From Octopus vulgaris (Eukaryota), in the NCBI GenBank assembly GCA_951406725.2, contig OX597820.1, positions 74,152,001 to 74,216,000 on the forward strand: a stretch of 64,000 nt of DNA. The letters run 5' to 3'. Numbering within the stretch: position 1 is the first letter of the stretch; the number at the start of each line of letters is the position of its first letter. This document shows, one piece after another, positions 1 through 13,436 of the stretch. The position numbers and the translations under genes were made by a program. The notes beneath the pieces are model-generated. The model made no database searches, was not told the origin of the DNA, and saw only the letters and a program-made list of their open reading frames with translations.

Positions 1-105
1 GGCTTACAAAGAATAAGTCCTGGGGATCGATTTGCTCGAATGAAGGCGGTGCTCCAGCATGGCTGCAGTCGCATGACTGAAACAAGTAAAAGAGTAAAAC
101 GAGTA
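1..105 (+). mobile_element. SINE family B, 3' tail (cut by window edge)
   Basis: Matches the tail of the fuller copies at 36976-37407 and 17405-18024 (ggcttacaaagaataagtcctgggg...ccagcatggc...gactgaaacaagtaaaaga). Confidence 0.8.
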
Positions 106-1754
106 AATAAATTCAATAAAACAGATTCAATATACATTTTGAATTCAAAGAATTTTTTCTTCCTTTCAAATCAGGGTAGGGCGGGGGGTAACGTCGGCGT
201 AAATGAATGTATTTTGGAGTAATTGGTTGGAAAAGTTCACCGAACCCCTGTCACAGACAAATTCGTAGAACTAAACCGTGTTACTTTAAGCGTTCTTCAT
301 GAGAACCTGCCGATAATTTATTCCGTGTAGAAAAGGCGGCGAAGACACTCCCAATGAACCGACAAAAATCAAGGAAAACGAGTGAAACTGCCATTCGCCT
401 TATTCTACAGAAAGAAAAGAAGAACAAACGAAGGAGTAAGAGAAAGAGAGAGAAAGAATGAAAGAGAATGCGTTCTAGTTAAACCATTTGGACCGTCATG
501 CTAAATGGCATGTAAACTTAATGGCAATTAATCCAGACATATACACACGAATATACATACACGCGCGCATGCTATAACAGTTGTTTATATGTGTGTGTGT
601 GCGTCTATGTAAGAAATTATTTGTAAGAAATTATATGTACACACACATACACACACACATACACATATACATCAATACATGCATACATAAACACACACAC
701 TTGCATAAACATATATACATGTAAGTGTGTGGATGTATATGTGCATACACACATATATATATGCATGTGTATGCGTATATGTGTATGTATATATATTGCA
801 CACACACACACACACACAATGAAACACACACACGCATATATCTACATACAAACATACACACAGGAACACAAATAAACAATTACACACACAAACGCACACT
901 TATGTGTTTGTGTGTTAATAGATTAGACCCCTAAACCCCCCCTCTACCCCCTCATACTGACAAACAGTCACACTCCAACTTACTTAAAGCCCCCACTCCC
1001 CATACCCCCTCACCCCACCATTCTCCATCCCTACAACTTTATCATCGTATCAACAGCACACACACCATATAAAGAGATTTCAGCCAACAGAAAAGGGCGC
1101 GTGCTCATCGTAAGCTTTTTTCCAAGTTTTTTCTATTGAAACGAGGCTTACACCTATTGTATATTCTGCGAGCGGATGTATAGCTTTCATATCAGCACCA
1201 CTGAAGTAAATAAACACGGTTGGCAATGAATTTCCACGTTTACAATTGTTATTATTATTATTATTTCATTTATTTAATTTTTTTTTCTTTATATATTCCT
1301 TACCTAAGCTCAAAATGTTAAGCTTAATATGTCATGTGACTGATATGTACCGAGTGACGCATTTGTATTAATCCACCGTTAATCCATTTGACCGCTTGAA
1401 AAATGAAGGATTTTTCATAGATGTAAAATGGAAAAAAAAAAGAAAATGCATGATATTGGGGGACACCATGTGGGGGAGGATTGTGATTAAGAATACCTAG
1501 ATCGGCATCTGTTCGCCACTCGCATCTAGCTTTCCTTCCTTCCTTCCTTCCTTCCTTCGTAATCCATTCATTCTATTAATCCTTTCCTTCATTTATGTCC
1601 TCTTTTGTTCTGTCTATTGTTCTTTCTGCCTTTCTTCCTTTCTTCTACTTTGCTTTTCTTTCTTTCCTTCATTCATGCTTTCTTTCTTTCTTTCTTTCTT
1701 CTCTTTTTCCTTTAGTGGGTTCTGTTTTGTAGTATTTTGTTGTTCATCGTCGAT

Positions 1755-1912
1755 AGCTGGTCTTTTCCGGAAAACTTTCAGGTTGGAGTCCACGAATAAT
1801 TTCCAGAAATCCCTAGCCTGGCAGTGCTACCGTGTGGCATTGCCGGTTCGGGACAAATTCTACAGGCACGATAGCGCCTGCCTGAGATGGGCGTAGAGAG
1901 ACGAAATTGCCG
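1755..1912 (+). mobile_element. Tx1/L1-clade LINE fragment (C-terminal zinc-binding region of ORF2)
   Basis: Translates FRKTFRLESTNNFQKSLAWQCYRVALPVRDKFYRH, homologous to FRTTFGSGPMDNHQRSLAWQCFREALPVRDKLYRY at about 35900-36000. Confidence 0.7.
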
Positions 1913-2309
1913 AAGGACTGATATCTTCCTCTCCAGCCAAGCCCTCATCAGATTTTCAAAATTCCATTTGAAAAGAGTGGTTTGAGAGGGATATCCTGTA
2001 CCCCAAAAAATTGTGAATATGAAAAAGCTGGTTCAAGTGAGTGGGCTTTCTCTAAGATGGCGTCTATGGGTTGAGGAGTACGGAGGAGACAAAAGCATTT
2101 ACCATGGTACTTTTGGTAACTAGGGTGGATCAGGATATGTGAGGGTTCTGGATAGTCTTCAATGGTCCTGGATGACATTTCTCTATTAAGGATGTTGTTT
2201 GCTAAGAGTTTTTTTTCTTTTTCGAATTGCTTTTGTTTCATGATTTACTCGTTTCTATGTAAATCCTCACTGTCCTTTGGCTTTGTTTCACGGCCCTTCT
2301 CGCCATAAG

Positions 2310-2424
<115 letters not shown>

Positions 2425-2979
2425 GAGTGAGAGAGCAGTTCATGCCATCAAAGTGACACTGGGGTAAAATATACGAAGCCCAATATACCCATCATGACTA
2501 CCCGTCTGATAAAGGTACACCAGGCACATGCATCACAACCATATGTGCGCGACATGGTGATCTCATATCAAGATAAACAGCACATGACCTTGCAGGTGGG
2601 GCCCAGTTAGAATTTTCTTCATTTTGAGTAGCCCATCCTGCTCAAACGGTCCCTGAATAAGGGTTGTTTAAGGATGTTGAAAGAACCACCCATGTTTCCA
2701 GAGGTGAACTATTCAAACCCCAAAGAATCCCTCTCAACACATGGCTATGATGCTCCCCCACTACTTCTGCTCGTGATCAGAGATGCACATATCGTCAGCC
2801 ACTAAGGGACATGCTCAACTGGTTAAGGTCAAACAACTGACAAGCAAATCTGTGGTATTGAGCAGAATATTTGCTGTAGCCCATCTTTTATACCAAGACA
2901 AAACAATGTACATGATAACACTTCCAATCAGTTAAGATCAGAAGCCATGAGAGCCACTGCCTGGTACTGCATTAGGGCA

Positions 2980-2980
<1 letters not shown>
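2425..2980. mobile_element. Non-coding ~555-bp element embedded in (TTA)n, putative non-autonomous retroelement
   Basis: Discrete higher-GC block with (TTA)n on both sides and no ORF; lies next to an R4/Dong-like LINE remnant. Confidence 0.5.
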
Positions 2981-3018
<38 letters not shown>

Positions 3019-3094
3019 CATTATTATTATTATTATTAAATAAAGCAGTGAGCTCGTACAATCGCTTGCATGCCGGGCGAAATACTGAGTGATT

Positions 3095-4237
3095 CCTAGT
3101 CTCACTCAGAGACCTCAAGAGACAAGTTAGACGTCCAAGTTGGTGTTATGCCTAGGGTGTGATATATTTGGTTTTGCACAAAGTATCGTTCTAGAGAATG
3201 TTTAAGAAAACAAGAAAATTATAAATTTGTTTTAAAATTTGAGATTACATGAGCACTATCTTTTAAATTTCTTCCATTTTTGGATTTCCTGACAACCAGC
3301 CCCTTTTGCGATAATTCCTAGGGCACCTATGAGAACAAGTATTGTTTTAGTTTTGAGGTTCCACATTTTGCCAGTTTCTATTTCAAGATCTTTATACTTG
3401 CTCAGTCTTTGGTGGGTCTTGACAGATACATTTATGTCGGTTGGAACAATTATATCAATGAGGTGGCATGGTTTTGTCTGAAGTCGTTCAATATAATGTC
3501 TGGCCTATTCGCATCTATTTTTCTGTCAGTTTGAACGGGGAAGATCCAGAGGAGTGAGATGTGGTCATTTTCAAGAACTGGAAGTGGTTTGTGTTCCTAC
3601 CAGTTTTTATCATGGGGCAGGTCCAAGTTTTTGCATATTACGCAGTGTATATACTGTGCTGCTCTATCATGCCTGCTGAAATACTCAGTAGGCGCAAGAA
3701 GACTGCACTTGGAGACATCATGATCAATAGTTTCATTTTGTTGTTGACATACACGAGATATTGGGCTACTGCCGTTCTTTAATATGTTGGCCTGGTAGTT
3801 TCTTGTCGGTAGGCATTGATCTTGGGCTGCTATGATAAACCGTTCTACTTCTGGTTTTAAGCCAGAAGACACTAATCATTGATGGGTAAGGGCTTTGTCA
3901 ACATCGGCATTATTAGTTCTCTTTGCGTATTTGCCATTGAGAGGTTTTTTCTTGCCATTTATCCGTAAGAATATCTAAGGCAGCAGATTTAGCACGGGTT
4001 TTCATTCTCTTAGCTTTTTCTGTGTTTGTTTCGAGTACGTCTAATTCTTGGATTTGTTGTATTTGGAATTCAGTTAGATATTCCTTTGCGTGTTTTGTTA
4101 CTGAGTATGATGCTTTCTTGTTTTCGTGCTTTAAGACAACTTTTAACATCCGGTCATCAGAGTTTTTCAGGGTGGTGTTTACATCAATTGTGGCAATCTT
4201 CATTGTTAATTCCAGCTGTAAAAGTCCACGGCCACCC
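3095..4237 (-). mobile_element. R4/Dong-like RLE non-LTR retrotransposon, 5'-truncated and degenerate
   Basis: Minus frames give SSGLKPEVERFIIAAQDQCLPTRNY, a degenerate CCHC region (RVCQQQNETIDHDVSKC), RHDRAAQYIH, TDRKIDANRPD and KYKDLEIETGKMWNLKTKTILVLIGALG. These are the restriction-like endonuclease C-terminus motifs. Stops and frameshifts are present. Confidence 0.85.
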
Positions 4238-5229
4238 TTATTATTATCAGTATTAAAACTATCAAACTATATATCAGTTATCAGGGATTCTGTCCCGAGT
4301 TTTTGGTGACAAGTTACCTCAAATCTCAAGAATCATTCACGGTGAGTGCATTCACCATTTGTCGGTAAGTTACCTGATTCTCTCGGGTGACCCGCCGAGC
4401 AGAGTCCCAATCCGTCCCCAACTTCACGAGATAATCTCCTCATCTGCCGTGATCGTGTGGCATGTGGTCGACCTCAGTGAAGAGAACACGGTAAGCAGGA
4501 TCTGACTGGGAAAAAAATCAAGCAACATTATCAAACAGTTTGTGCTGACACTCCCGAATCATACAAGTAACAGGAGACCTCTCAGTTGCTGAGTAGAGTC
4601 GTTGGCTGGATACGATTCTTCCAGTAAGCAAAATAAATAAAATAAAATAAAATCTGATTTATCTCCATTTCAACAAATCAATTGACTTTGAGAGGTTAAT
4701 TTCTTATTTCTTTCAATTGTCTTTTCTTTTCTTGGACTGTTTTCTATCAATTACTACTAAGATTTGTTTACCTTCTCTACGAAGAAAATTTCAATTAATT
4801 ACAAATTCAGTGCAAAATCGTTAAGCTTAATAAATTAGATCAAATTACAAAACATAGAGGCACGGAGATAGCGTTACAGTTTCGCTTCACAGCTGGATAC
4901 AATGAATTTCATTTATTTTATTTGATTAATGTTTAACTACAAATGTTGTTACTTAATATCTTGTCATGGATTATTAAAGGTAAGAGAGTACAGGACACGG
5001 AGTACAAAGAGATTAGTAAATAAAAGTCATTTTAGTACAATAGAACGACTACCGTTATAATCCAGCTCCCTCAGCCTTTCACTAGAAAAGAGCTGGAAAC
5101 GGAATCCGAGAATACAATTACATGCGAATAAGGTTTATTTATCAGTTCGAATCATTTAAATGGGTTTATCTGCTTAAATATAGCAAAATACACACACACG
5201 TTTGTACGCACGCCCACACGTTCAAAATT

Positions 5230-5345
<116 letters not shown>

Positions 5346-5750
5346 CGTAGGCGCATACATACTTGTCATCTCACAAAGACACAGAAACATACACAAGACT
5401 TAATATTAAAGGTGAGTCCTTACAGAGGATAATTCTTAAAGTATCAGCTATCACAAAGACGAGAGCAGATTAGTTGAAATTACACTGTCAAATGAATAAC
5501 TGAACAGACGTATGTATGTGTGTGTGTGTATGTATGTACGTGTGTATGCATGTATGTGTGTATGTACGTGTGTATGTATATATTTATGTTTGCATGCATG
5601 TATGTTTGTATGTACGGATGTCTGTATGTATGTATGTATATTTGTCATTATACAGCCTTATTTCAAGATTTCTTGTCAATGGAGAAAGAGCCGGTTTCTA
5701 AACTAGATCCAAAGCTCCTTCATTGGAATTTCAAAATCAACAACAAGGTA

Positions 5751-5789
5751 TTAATAATAATAATAATAATGATAATAATGATAATAATG

Positions 5790-5887
<98 letters not shown>

Positions 5888-5888
5888 G

Positions 5889-5948
<60 letters not shown>

Positions 5949-5998
5949 TTAATAATAATAATGAATAAATAAATGAATAAATAAATAAATAAATAAAG
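5751..5998. repeat. (TAA)n/(TAAA)n microsatellite
   Basis: Seen directly; source of the poly-I and poly-N ORFs. Confidence 0.95.
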
Positions 5999-6290
5999 CA
6001 AAGCTCCGTCACTGGAATTTCAATAACAACGATGGTACAGATTACATTACAGATTCTTTAGAAAAATCTCATAATTTTCACTAATGTCAATACAGATTGT
6101 ATACCTAAAATGGATACAGGACGTACTCTTGTGTTTGCCTGAAAACCTAACTTTTTTCAGATTATCACTTCGATATTTACTAGCATAATCAAATGCCCCC
6201 AGTCAAATGCACCGTTAATTATTGGCATAGATATAAATTTATAATTAGCGTGAAACAATTTTAGGTTTCCTAGCATTTATTCTTTCCCCC

Positions 6291-6487
6291 CTTTACTTGT
6301 TTCAGTCATTTGACTGCGGTCATGGTGGAGCACAGTCTTTTAGTCGAACAAATCGACCCCAGTACTTATTCTCTGTAAGCCTTGTACTTATTCTATCGGT
6401 CTCTTTCGCCGAACCGCTAAGTTACGGGGACGTAAACGCACCAACATCGGTTATCAAGTGATGGCGGATGGGCGGACAAGCATATAC

Positions 6488-6551
<64 letters not shown>

Positions 6552-6697
6552 GACAGGCTTGTTTCAGTTTCCATCTACCAAATCCACTCACAAGACTTTG
6601 GTCAGCCCGCGTCTACAGTAGAAGACATTTGCCGAAGTTGCCACGCAGTGAGATTGAACCAGGAACCATGTGGTTGAGAAACAAACTTGTTAGCACA
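6291..6697 (-). mobile_element. SINE family B, near full length, with internal (CATA)/(TA)n tract
   Basis: Collinear with 17405-18024: tRNA-like head, body, internal microsatellite, then tail. Confidence 0.85.
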
Positions 6698-7007
6698 TGT
6701 CCATAAATATCTTATTTCTGCTGATTTTAAAAGAACTGTTTACATCTTTAGAGCAGCTAACCTCTGTGTCCATCCGTGATCTTACAACTCCATCCCAAAT
6801 AGCCATATTAAGCCTGTTTTATATGCATTTGGTAGAGGTTTTGACTGAAATATTCCATTGTCATTCTTTGTGCTGCGAGGATGATCTGGTTCTTGACTGA
6901 AGATTAAAGGCTTCGAATGGCCCGTCCGTGTTTTTTTGTATCGTCTTCTGGATGTTTTGCGTGCTTGTCCCATTTTGTATTTATATGTATATATATATAT
7001 ATATATA

Positions 7008-7530
7008 TTGGGTTGTTCAGAAAGTTCGTGCCCGATTTTTAAAGGATAGAAAAAGGTCACCATTACATTTTTGATCAACCAAATATGAACCATTTTGTTG
7101 CACAATGCGTCTCCACCATTCCCTTAACTTGAAAATACCCTCTTCCCAGAATTGAGGTCGTTTCATGGCAAAGAATTCATCAAGGTATCTTTTTACGTTA
7201 TCCAAGGAATTAAGACTATTCTGCAGGGACCTGAATAAGTGGAAATCCGAAGGAGCAATATCTGCTGAATATGGAGGGTGGGGTAACACATCCCAGTCGA
7301 GCTGCAGCAATTTTTGTCTGGTTCTCAAAGCAGCATGGGCCGAAAATGAACTTTCTTATCTTCCATTTTAAATGGTTACATAATTAACACAGGTTATAGG
7401 AACATAAACCTTCTTCCACGAAAAGATAGCTTAAACTGTGCTCTAAATGGAGGTGTAGTCAAATCCAATTTTATGGACTCAACCATGTTCTAAAATAAGT
7501 CGAAAGGTAAGCTACTTTCCGGACAACCCA

Positions 7531-7531
<1 letters not shown>
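7008..7531 (-). mobile_element. Internally deleted mariner (DD34D-type) transposon
   Basis: TIRs ttgggttgttcagaaagt / actttccggacaacccaa with TA on both sides. ORF 7017-7328 encodes WDVLPHPPYSADIAPSDFHLFRSLQNSL (YSPDLAPSD motif). Confidence 0.9.
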
Positions 7532-7575
<44 letters not shown>

Positions 7576-7956
7576 TAGCAAGACTGCGGGCTGGTAGAAT
7601 CCACACACACACACACACACACGATGGGATTCCATACAGTTTCCGTCTACCAAATTCACTCGCAAAGTATTGCTTGGTGTGAGGCTATACTAGCACTCAC
7701 TTACCCAAAGTGTCACGCTGACGGACTGAACCCAAAATCACGAAACCACGTTGTTGCAAAGCGAATCTCCTATCTGTGCAGCCATGCATACGTCTATTAT
7801 GCTTATATATATATTTTTATCCCTAAACCAATGAGATATTCACGACCGGAATTCTTTTGATCATAGGCATACTTAATCTAAGGCTTAACCAGGATCGGAC
7901 AGCAGCAACATTAACAATAGGAACATAAATTAGTGTCGATATTATGTAGCGATTAA

Positions 7957-8395
7957 AGCAGCAAGCTGGCAGAATCGTCAGCACGCCGGGCGAAATGCTT
8001 AGCGGTATTTCGTCTGTCTTTACGTTCTGAGTTCAAATTCCGCCGAGGTCGACTTTGACTTTCATCCTTTCAGAGTCGATAAAAGAAGTACCAGTTGTGT
8101 ACTGAGGTCGATCTAATCGACTGCTCGCTCCACCCAAATTTCGAGCCTTGTGCCTAAAGTAGAAAAGAATATTCCGTAGCAACTAAGGCGACAAACTGGC
8201 TGAATCGTTAGCACACCGGGCAAAATGCTTAGCGGCATTTAACGTTCAGAGTTCAAATGCTGCCGGGGTCGACTTTGCTTTTTATCTTTTTGGGCCGATA
8301 AAATAAATACCAGTCACACACTGAGGTCGATATAATCGACAAGTCTCCCCCCCCAAAAAAAAAAATTGCCGGCCTTGTGCCTATAGTAAAAAGGA
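7957..8395 (+). mobile_element. Two tandem SINE family A copies (Meta-domain-like core)
   Basis: Head gagctggcagaatcgttagcacgccgggc, B-box-like gagttcaaattc, core gactttgcctttcatcctttcggggtcgataaa..agtaccag. The core resembles the MetaSINE domain as I recall it; not verified by search. Confidence 0.8.
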
Positions 8396-8787
8396 TAGGT
8401 ATGCATCCAGTTGTAGGGATGTTGTTTTATATTTATCACGTGTCTGTATTTTCTGCGGACGGCATTGTATATTACTTCAGCAATAACATTGTGCCACAGT
8501 GGGCGGTAGATAATATCAAAATGACATTTTTGGACAGCTGCTGATTACATGTGTTGTGTCCTTCTCAGAAGAGTATCATTACTGACATTTGCGGTTGCAA
8601 CTTGGGAATTTAAGAGTTTCACACTCTCATTCGTTCCTTGGATATTCCGTAGCCATCTCCTACTTTTCGATTGCAAAAGCGTAATTTTTCGAGATGTATG
8701 TATGAGTCTATGTATGCATATATGTATGTATGTATGTATGTATGCATATATGTATGTATGTATATATGTATGGTATGTATGTATGCA

Positions 8788-9018
8788 CGGCGAGCTGGCA
8801 GAAACGTTAGCACGCCGGGCGAAATGCTTAGCGGTATTTCGTCTGCGTTACGTTGTGAGTTCAAATTCCGCCGAGGTCGACTTTGCCTTTCATCCTTTCG
8901 GGGTCGATAAATTAAGTACCAGTTACGCACTGGGGTCGATGTAATCGACTTAATACCTATGTCTGTCCTTGTTTGTCCCCTCTGTGTTTAGCCCCTTGTG
9001 GGTAATAAAGAAATAGGT
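8788..9018 (+). mobile_element. SINE family A, young subfamily (tail ...gtgggtaataaagaaatagg)
   Basis: Nearly identical to the minus-strand copy at 55054-55284; sits within a (TATG)n tract. Confidence 0.85.
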
Positions 9019-9604
9019 ATGTATGTATGCACGCATATATGTATGTTTGTATGTATGTATGTTTTATGTATGTATGTATGTATGTTTGTATGTATGCATG
9101 CATGTATGTATGTTTGTATGTATGTATGTTTGTATGTATGTATGTTTGTAACCCATACACATGTATGCATATACACATGTTGTGCACATATACACTTGGG
9201 TATCTCGGATCTAGACCTTAGATGCTAGACTTCACCAATGTTTTACATAATATAACAGTATCTTTGATAGCTTGTAGCTGTAATCACCTTATTGAACATG
9301 TTCTTTCTGGCTCTGTGAACCCTACTCCATTTTGGTAGGTGTTGGCATGTGCTAGGCAACTGACTTCAACTACTGCGCATAATTGCTTTTTCATAGTCCC
9401 AGATCATTATGGTTGGTCAGTTATGCTTGCATTTTATTGAAAACTTGACAGGGATATTCGACCACAATCCATTTACATTGTATGTGACTATGTGATTATG
9501 TCTTCGACGCCACTTTAGCTTCTTATATTTGTATCCTTAAGATTATATTTTCTACAAATTTCATAATATACCTCATAGGTAGGTAAAACCGTGGGTAAAC
9601 TTTT

Positions 9605-9710
9605 CGGACATCTGTTTATTATTTTTCATACATCTGTTTATTATTTGTCGTACATCTGTTTATTATTTTTCGTACATCTGTTTATTATTTTTCGGAAATC
9701 TGTTTATTAT
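9605..9710. repeat. ~20-bp tandem repeat (acatctgtttattattttt), about five units
   Basis: Seen directly. Confidence 0.85.
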
Positions 9711-10062
9711 ATCGGTGTCGCGTTTGGTGTTAATTTCATAAAATTTGCAACATTTGTCGCATCTAGTTGGCTTACCTGCATCTCTACAACTTTTGAGCAT
9801 CAGGTATAGTAATATTTCCTGTTTCCTTATTGCAAAAGCATAGTCTTGAAGCTGAGAGCTAATATGAAGTTGGTTAGTCTATCAAACATTACTCTGTGCA
9901 TCAATAAAGCTGTCACTTTGAAGCTTTCTGAAAATACAGCATGCATATATGGTTTTATTAATGATAGAAAATGTCACATCAATAGGAGAAACCATAGCTA
10001 AATGTCAACAATCTAATAAATATTTGTACGTACACAGAATTGAGGCACTTAAAGGAATCAGA

Positions 10063-10480
10063 TACGGTTGCAATATCTCGGTTGAAAATATCGTCCACAA
10101 AATGCATGTGTACAAATGTATGAGTACAAATCTTGTTTATAAATGTAGTATGCACATAAGGAAAGGGCCGTATATTTACATTGGGCAGACGGTTGATTCA
10201 TTTAAGAATCGCTATCATAATTATGTCGCTAGCTTTAAGACAATCAATAAGAGACATTCAACATATTTGACCGATTTTGTATGGCGACTGAAGGAGGATA
10301 AAATGAAGTGCAGCATAATTTAATCCATAGTAAGGTACGCGAAACCATACAATGTAATTTCCAGGAGATGCTGTCTCTGCTCCGAGGAGTCCCTGTCTAT
10401 TCTGTGGACCAACGTGAAGAAAGATCATCAATAAAATTTCTGAACGACTCCCGAGATGCCTACACGCATATAAATGGGCA
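10063..10480 (+). pseudogene. Penelope-like element GIY-YIG endonuclease remnant (Naiad-like)
   Basis: KCMSTNLVYKC...YIYIGQTVDSFKNRYHNYVASFK...STYLTDFVWRLK, then past a stop SIVRYAKPYNVISRRCCLCSEE, and after a frameshift INKISERLPRCLH. This follows the VY..YIG..FK.RY..H..SF..T.LS..W.LK...CxLC..E...NK.SE...CRH pattern of C-terminal PLE endonucleases. Confidence 0.8.
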
Positions 10481-11071
10481 CTTCCGCACAATACAGGGGG
10501 AATGGATTTTGAGTAACCGTTAACATAATTCAATTTACTTAAATTGGGTGAATTAAGTTTACTTTAAACCTCCTCATTCTTACAAACACCAAATAGATAG
10601 CTGACTCGCTTTGTTATCATGAGTGCACCAAACCTCACGAGTGCGTATGCTCACTTTTTCGCGGATGCTTTTGTATGAGCGAGTGTACTCGCACCATGCA
10701 GCTTGCCCGAGCGCGTTTATATATCCTTATTCGTTAACGATTATTTTTAATACTTTTCTCGCTGGATTGTGTGTTCATTTCTCTTTTTGCCATCTGTGTT
10801 TTTATTTTTGATCTTCGATATAAATGAAGATACTTCCTCCGTCTGGCTGCTTTTCTTTCTACAAAACGAGAAGTTACATCGCGGAACTGTTATTTTAACG
10901 AGTTGCATCTATTTATCACCTGACTAGATACATCTGCACCACTGGATGCTTCTTAACCAGTTGTTGAGTGTCCCATCCGTGAGGGATCGATGCTAGATCT
11001 GTCAAAATAATTCTCGTGATTAATAATAAATTCTCGTATATTCCATCTTTCGTCTTTCATTTGCCATATAT

Positions 11072-11198
<127 letters not shown>

Positions 11199-12399
11199 CA
11201 TATATATATACAGGTATGTACATATACGTCGTACACACACTCAGAACCTTTGGGTGGTATCGTGGTGTGCTAGACATTGTAGCCAAATCTCCTTTGCATC
11301 ATAAACAAAGCAGGCCGTTAAAAATTGAAAACCAGCGCTCATGATATGATAATATGATCCTAGATTATTTGGGAATAGGGAAAACAAACATGGCAGATGA
11401 GATGGTAATGGTTGGAACGTCTTTTGGTGGTAGGTATGTTATATACACACAGAGGGTTGGAGTTAGAACTGAAGAAGAAGCAATAACATCAACATTTACA
11501 TCACTACAATAACAACAGCAACAACCCAGTAACGGTCGGAGGAAAAAAACATACAAAATAAAAAAAGAACTATCATAAATAATAACAATAACAACAACAA
11601 CAACAAAATTGGGAACAACAACAACAACAACTATATCGACAAGAACAGCAACAAAAATAAAAACAAAACAAGCAAAATAGCGTCTGGAAAAGAATGAAAT
11701 AAAATCTACAGCATTTGATGGCTTAATGAATGAAGATTCAAATGTAACAGAAGCACTCAAAAATGCATTTGAAAATTAAATAAAATAAAAATAAAACACA
11801 AAAAATAAAATAAAGTGAAATAATAGAATAAAATGAATAGAAAAATCAAATCTGGAGGTTAGTTTTCAATGTGGTCTGGAAGTGTTCAAGTTTCATTTAA
11901 TCTGCTAAGCGGGGGACAATTCTTGCCGACTTTATCCTAGATATCATGCAATACGATAAGCCAAAACGGCTTCAAGGGATTTTTAATTCTCTGGTTGAAA
12001 TCAGAACTGTCTTTTGGCCATCTTTCTCTGCTTTTCTTTCTCTTTCTTACTTCTGATTGCTTTGTGTGTGTGTGTGTGTATGTGTATTTATCTGTGTATG
12101 TACGCGTGTTTTGTCTAAATTGTATTTTATTTATTTGGGGGGCTGTTTTTACGTGCCGTACATATAGTAATATGAAGATTTTGCTTCTCAAACAAAAAAA
12201 GGATTTTAGTCCCTCTTTTAAGGAAATTCCTATTGAAATGAAGCAAAGAAGAATTTCTAAGAATTTCTTAGAAATATTTGGTGAAAGGATTTAGTAAACT
12301 GATTAAATGAATTGGAATTTTATGATAAAAATAGGAAATGGTTGGATTTTATGTCCGTCTGTATGAGTGTAAGATTATACATATGTATGTATCAACGTG

Positions 12400-12650
12400 T
12401 GGAGGCGCGTGGCTTAGTGGTTAGGGTGTCAGCACCATGATCGTAAGATTGTGGTTTCGATTCCTGAACCGGGCGACGTGTTGTGTTCTTGAGCAAAACA
12501 CCTCATTTCACGTTGCTCCAGTTCACTCAGCTGGCAAAAATGAGTAACGCTGCGATGGAATGGCGTCCTGTCCAGCTGGGGAGCACATACGCCATAGAAA
12601 TCGGGAAACCGGGCCCATGAGCGTGGCTAGGCTTTAAAAGGGCGCATTTA
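12400..12650 (+). mobile_element. tRNA-derived SINE with V-domain-like segment
   Basis: A-box tggcttagtgg and B-box ggtttcgattcc, then ttgagcaaaacac and ctgcgatggaatggcgtcctgtccag. A degenerate relative lies at about 49362-49560. Confidence 0.75.
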
Positions 12651-13211
12651 TTACTTTATTTATGTATCAACGTATTGTTGCTGTAGTTGTAGTAGTTGTT
12701 GTTGCTCATCATCATCAAGGCAAATCTATGGCCAAAGGCATTCTAGCTGTGACCATCCTGTCTCATTTTTATCAAATGTAGACTATCGAGGACAGCATTG
12801 TTCTTAATTTTTTTTTTTTTTGAAAATTAGTATTGTGTGATTTGAAGGAGACTTGTCTACTCTTTCAAGTATCTTAAGTAATCTCGTTGATGCTTCCCTG
12901 CCGACCATTTCTGCATGAATGAGCGTAGCGTGTACTTGTATATACGCATATAATATGGATACTTATACGCAACAAAATCTCAGAATGCATTTATCTATTT
13001 ACTAATAAACGAGTCACATACACACGCGCGCGTACATATAAGCATACATAAATTCTTTCTATAGGCGTGGCTGTGTGGTTAGAAGCTTCCCTCCCAATCA
13101 CATGGTTCTGGATTCAATCCCACTGCATGGCCCTTGTGTCTTCTACTGTAGCCTCGGGCTGGCCAACTTTGTAAATGGATTTGGTGGGCGGAAACTGAAC
13201 GAAACCCATCC

Positions 13212-13245
<34 letters not shown>

Positions 13246-13386
13246 TATATATATATATATATCTTCATATTCCGCCTACAAAATCCATTTACAAAACTTT
13301 GGCCAACCCGAGACAATAGTAGAAGACACTTACCCAGAATGAAATAAGAAACCTAGACTGTGTAGATTTTAGAACATTTATAAATA

Positions 13387-13436
13387 CGTCTCACAGCTGT
13401 TTCTAGGATATTTATGATATCCCTTCATCGGAGACG
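13387..13436 (-). ncRNA. Minimal type I hammerhead-like motif (U4C core, GUG triplet)
   Basis: Minus strand: cgtct-CCGATGA-a-gggatat-cataa-atatcct-a-GAAAC-agct-GTG-agacg. Stem I is a perfect 5 bp and loop III is palindromic. Confidence 0.6.

Noticed and set aside
4320-4625. GC-richer block with gtaag donor-like sites as a host exon
   Set aside because: No recognisable reading frame or acceptor; cannot be supported without transcripts.
5045-5115. Hairpin ccagctc/gagctgg followed by gaaac, as a possible hammerhead
   Set aside because: No credible CUGANGA half and no GUH triplet.
12400-12475. tRNA gene-like A/B boxes here and at other SINE heads
   Set aside because: No complete cloverleaf; they continue into SINE bodies.
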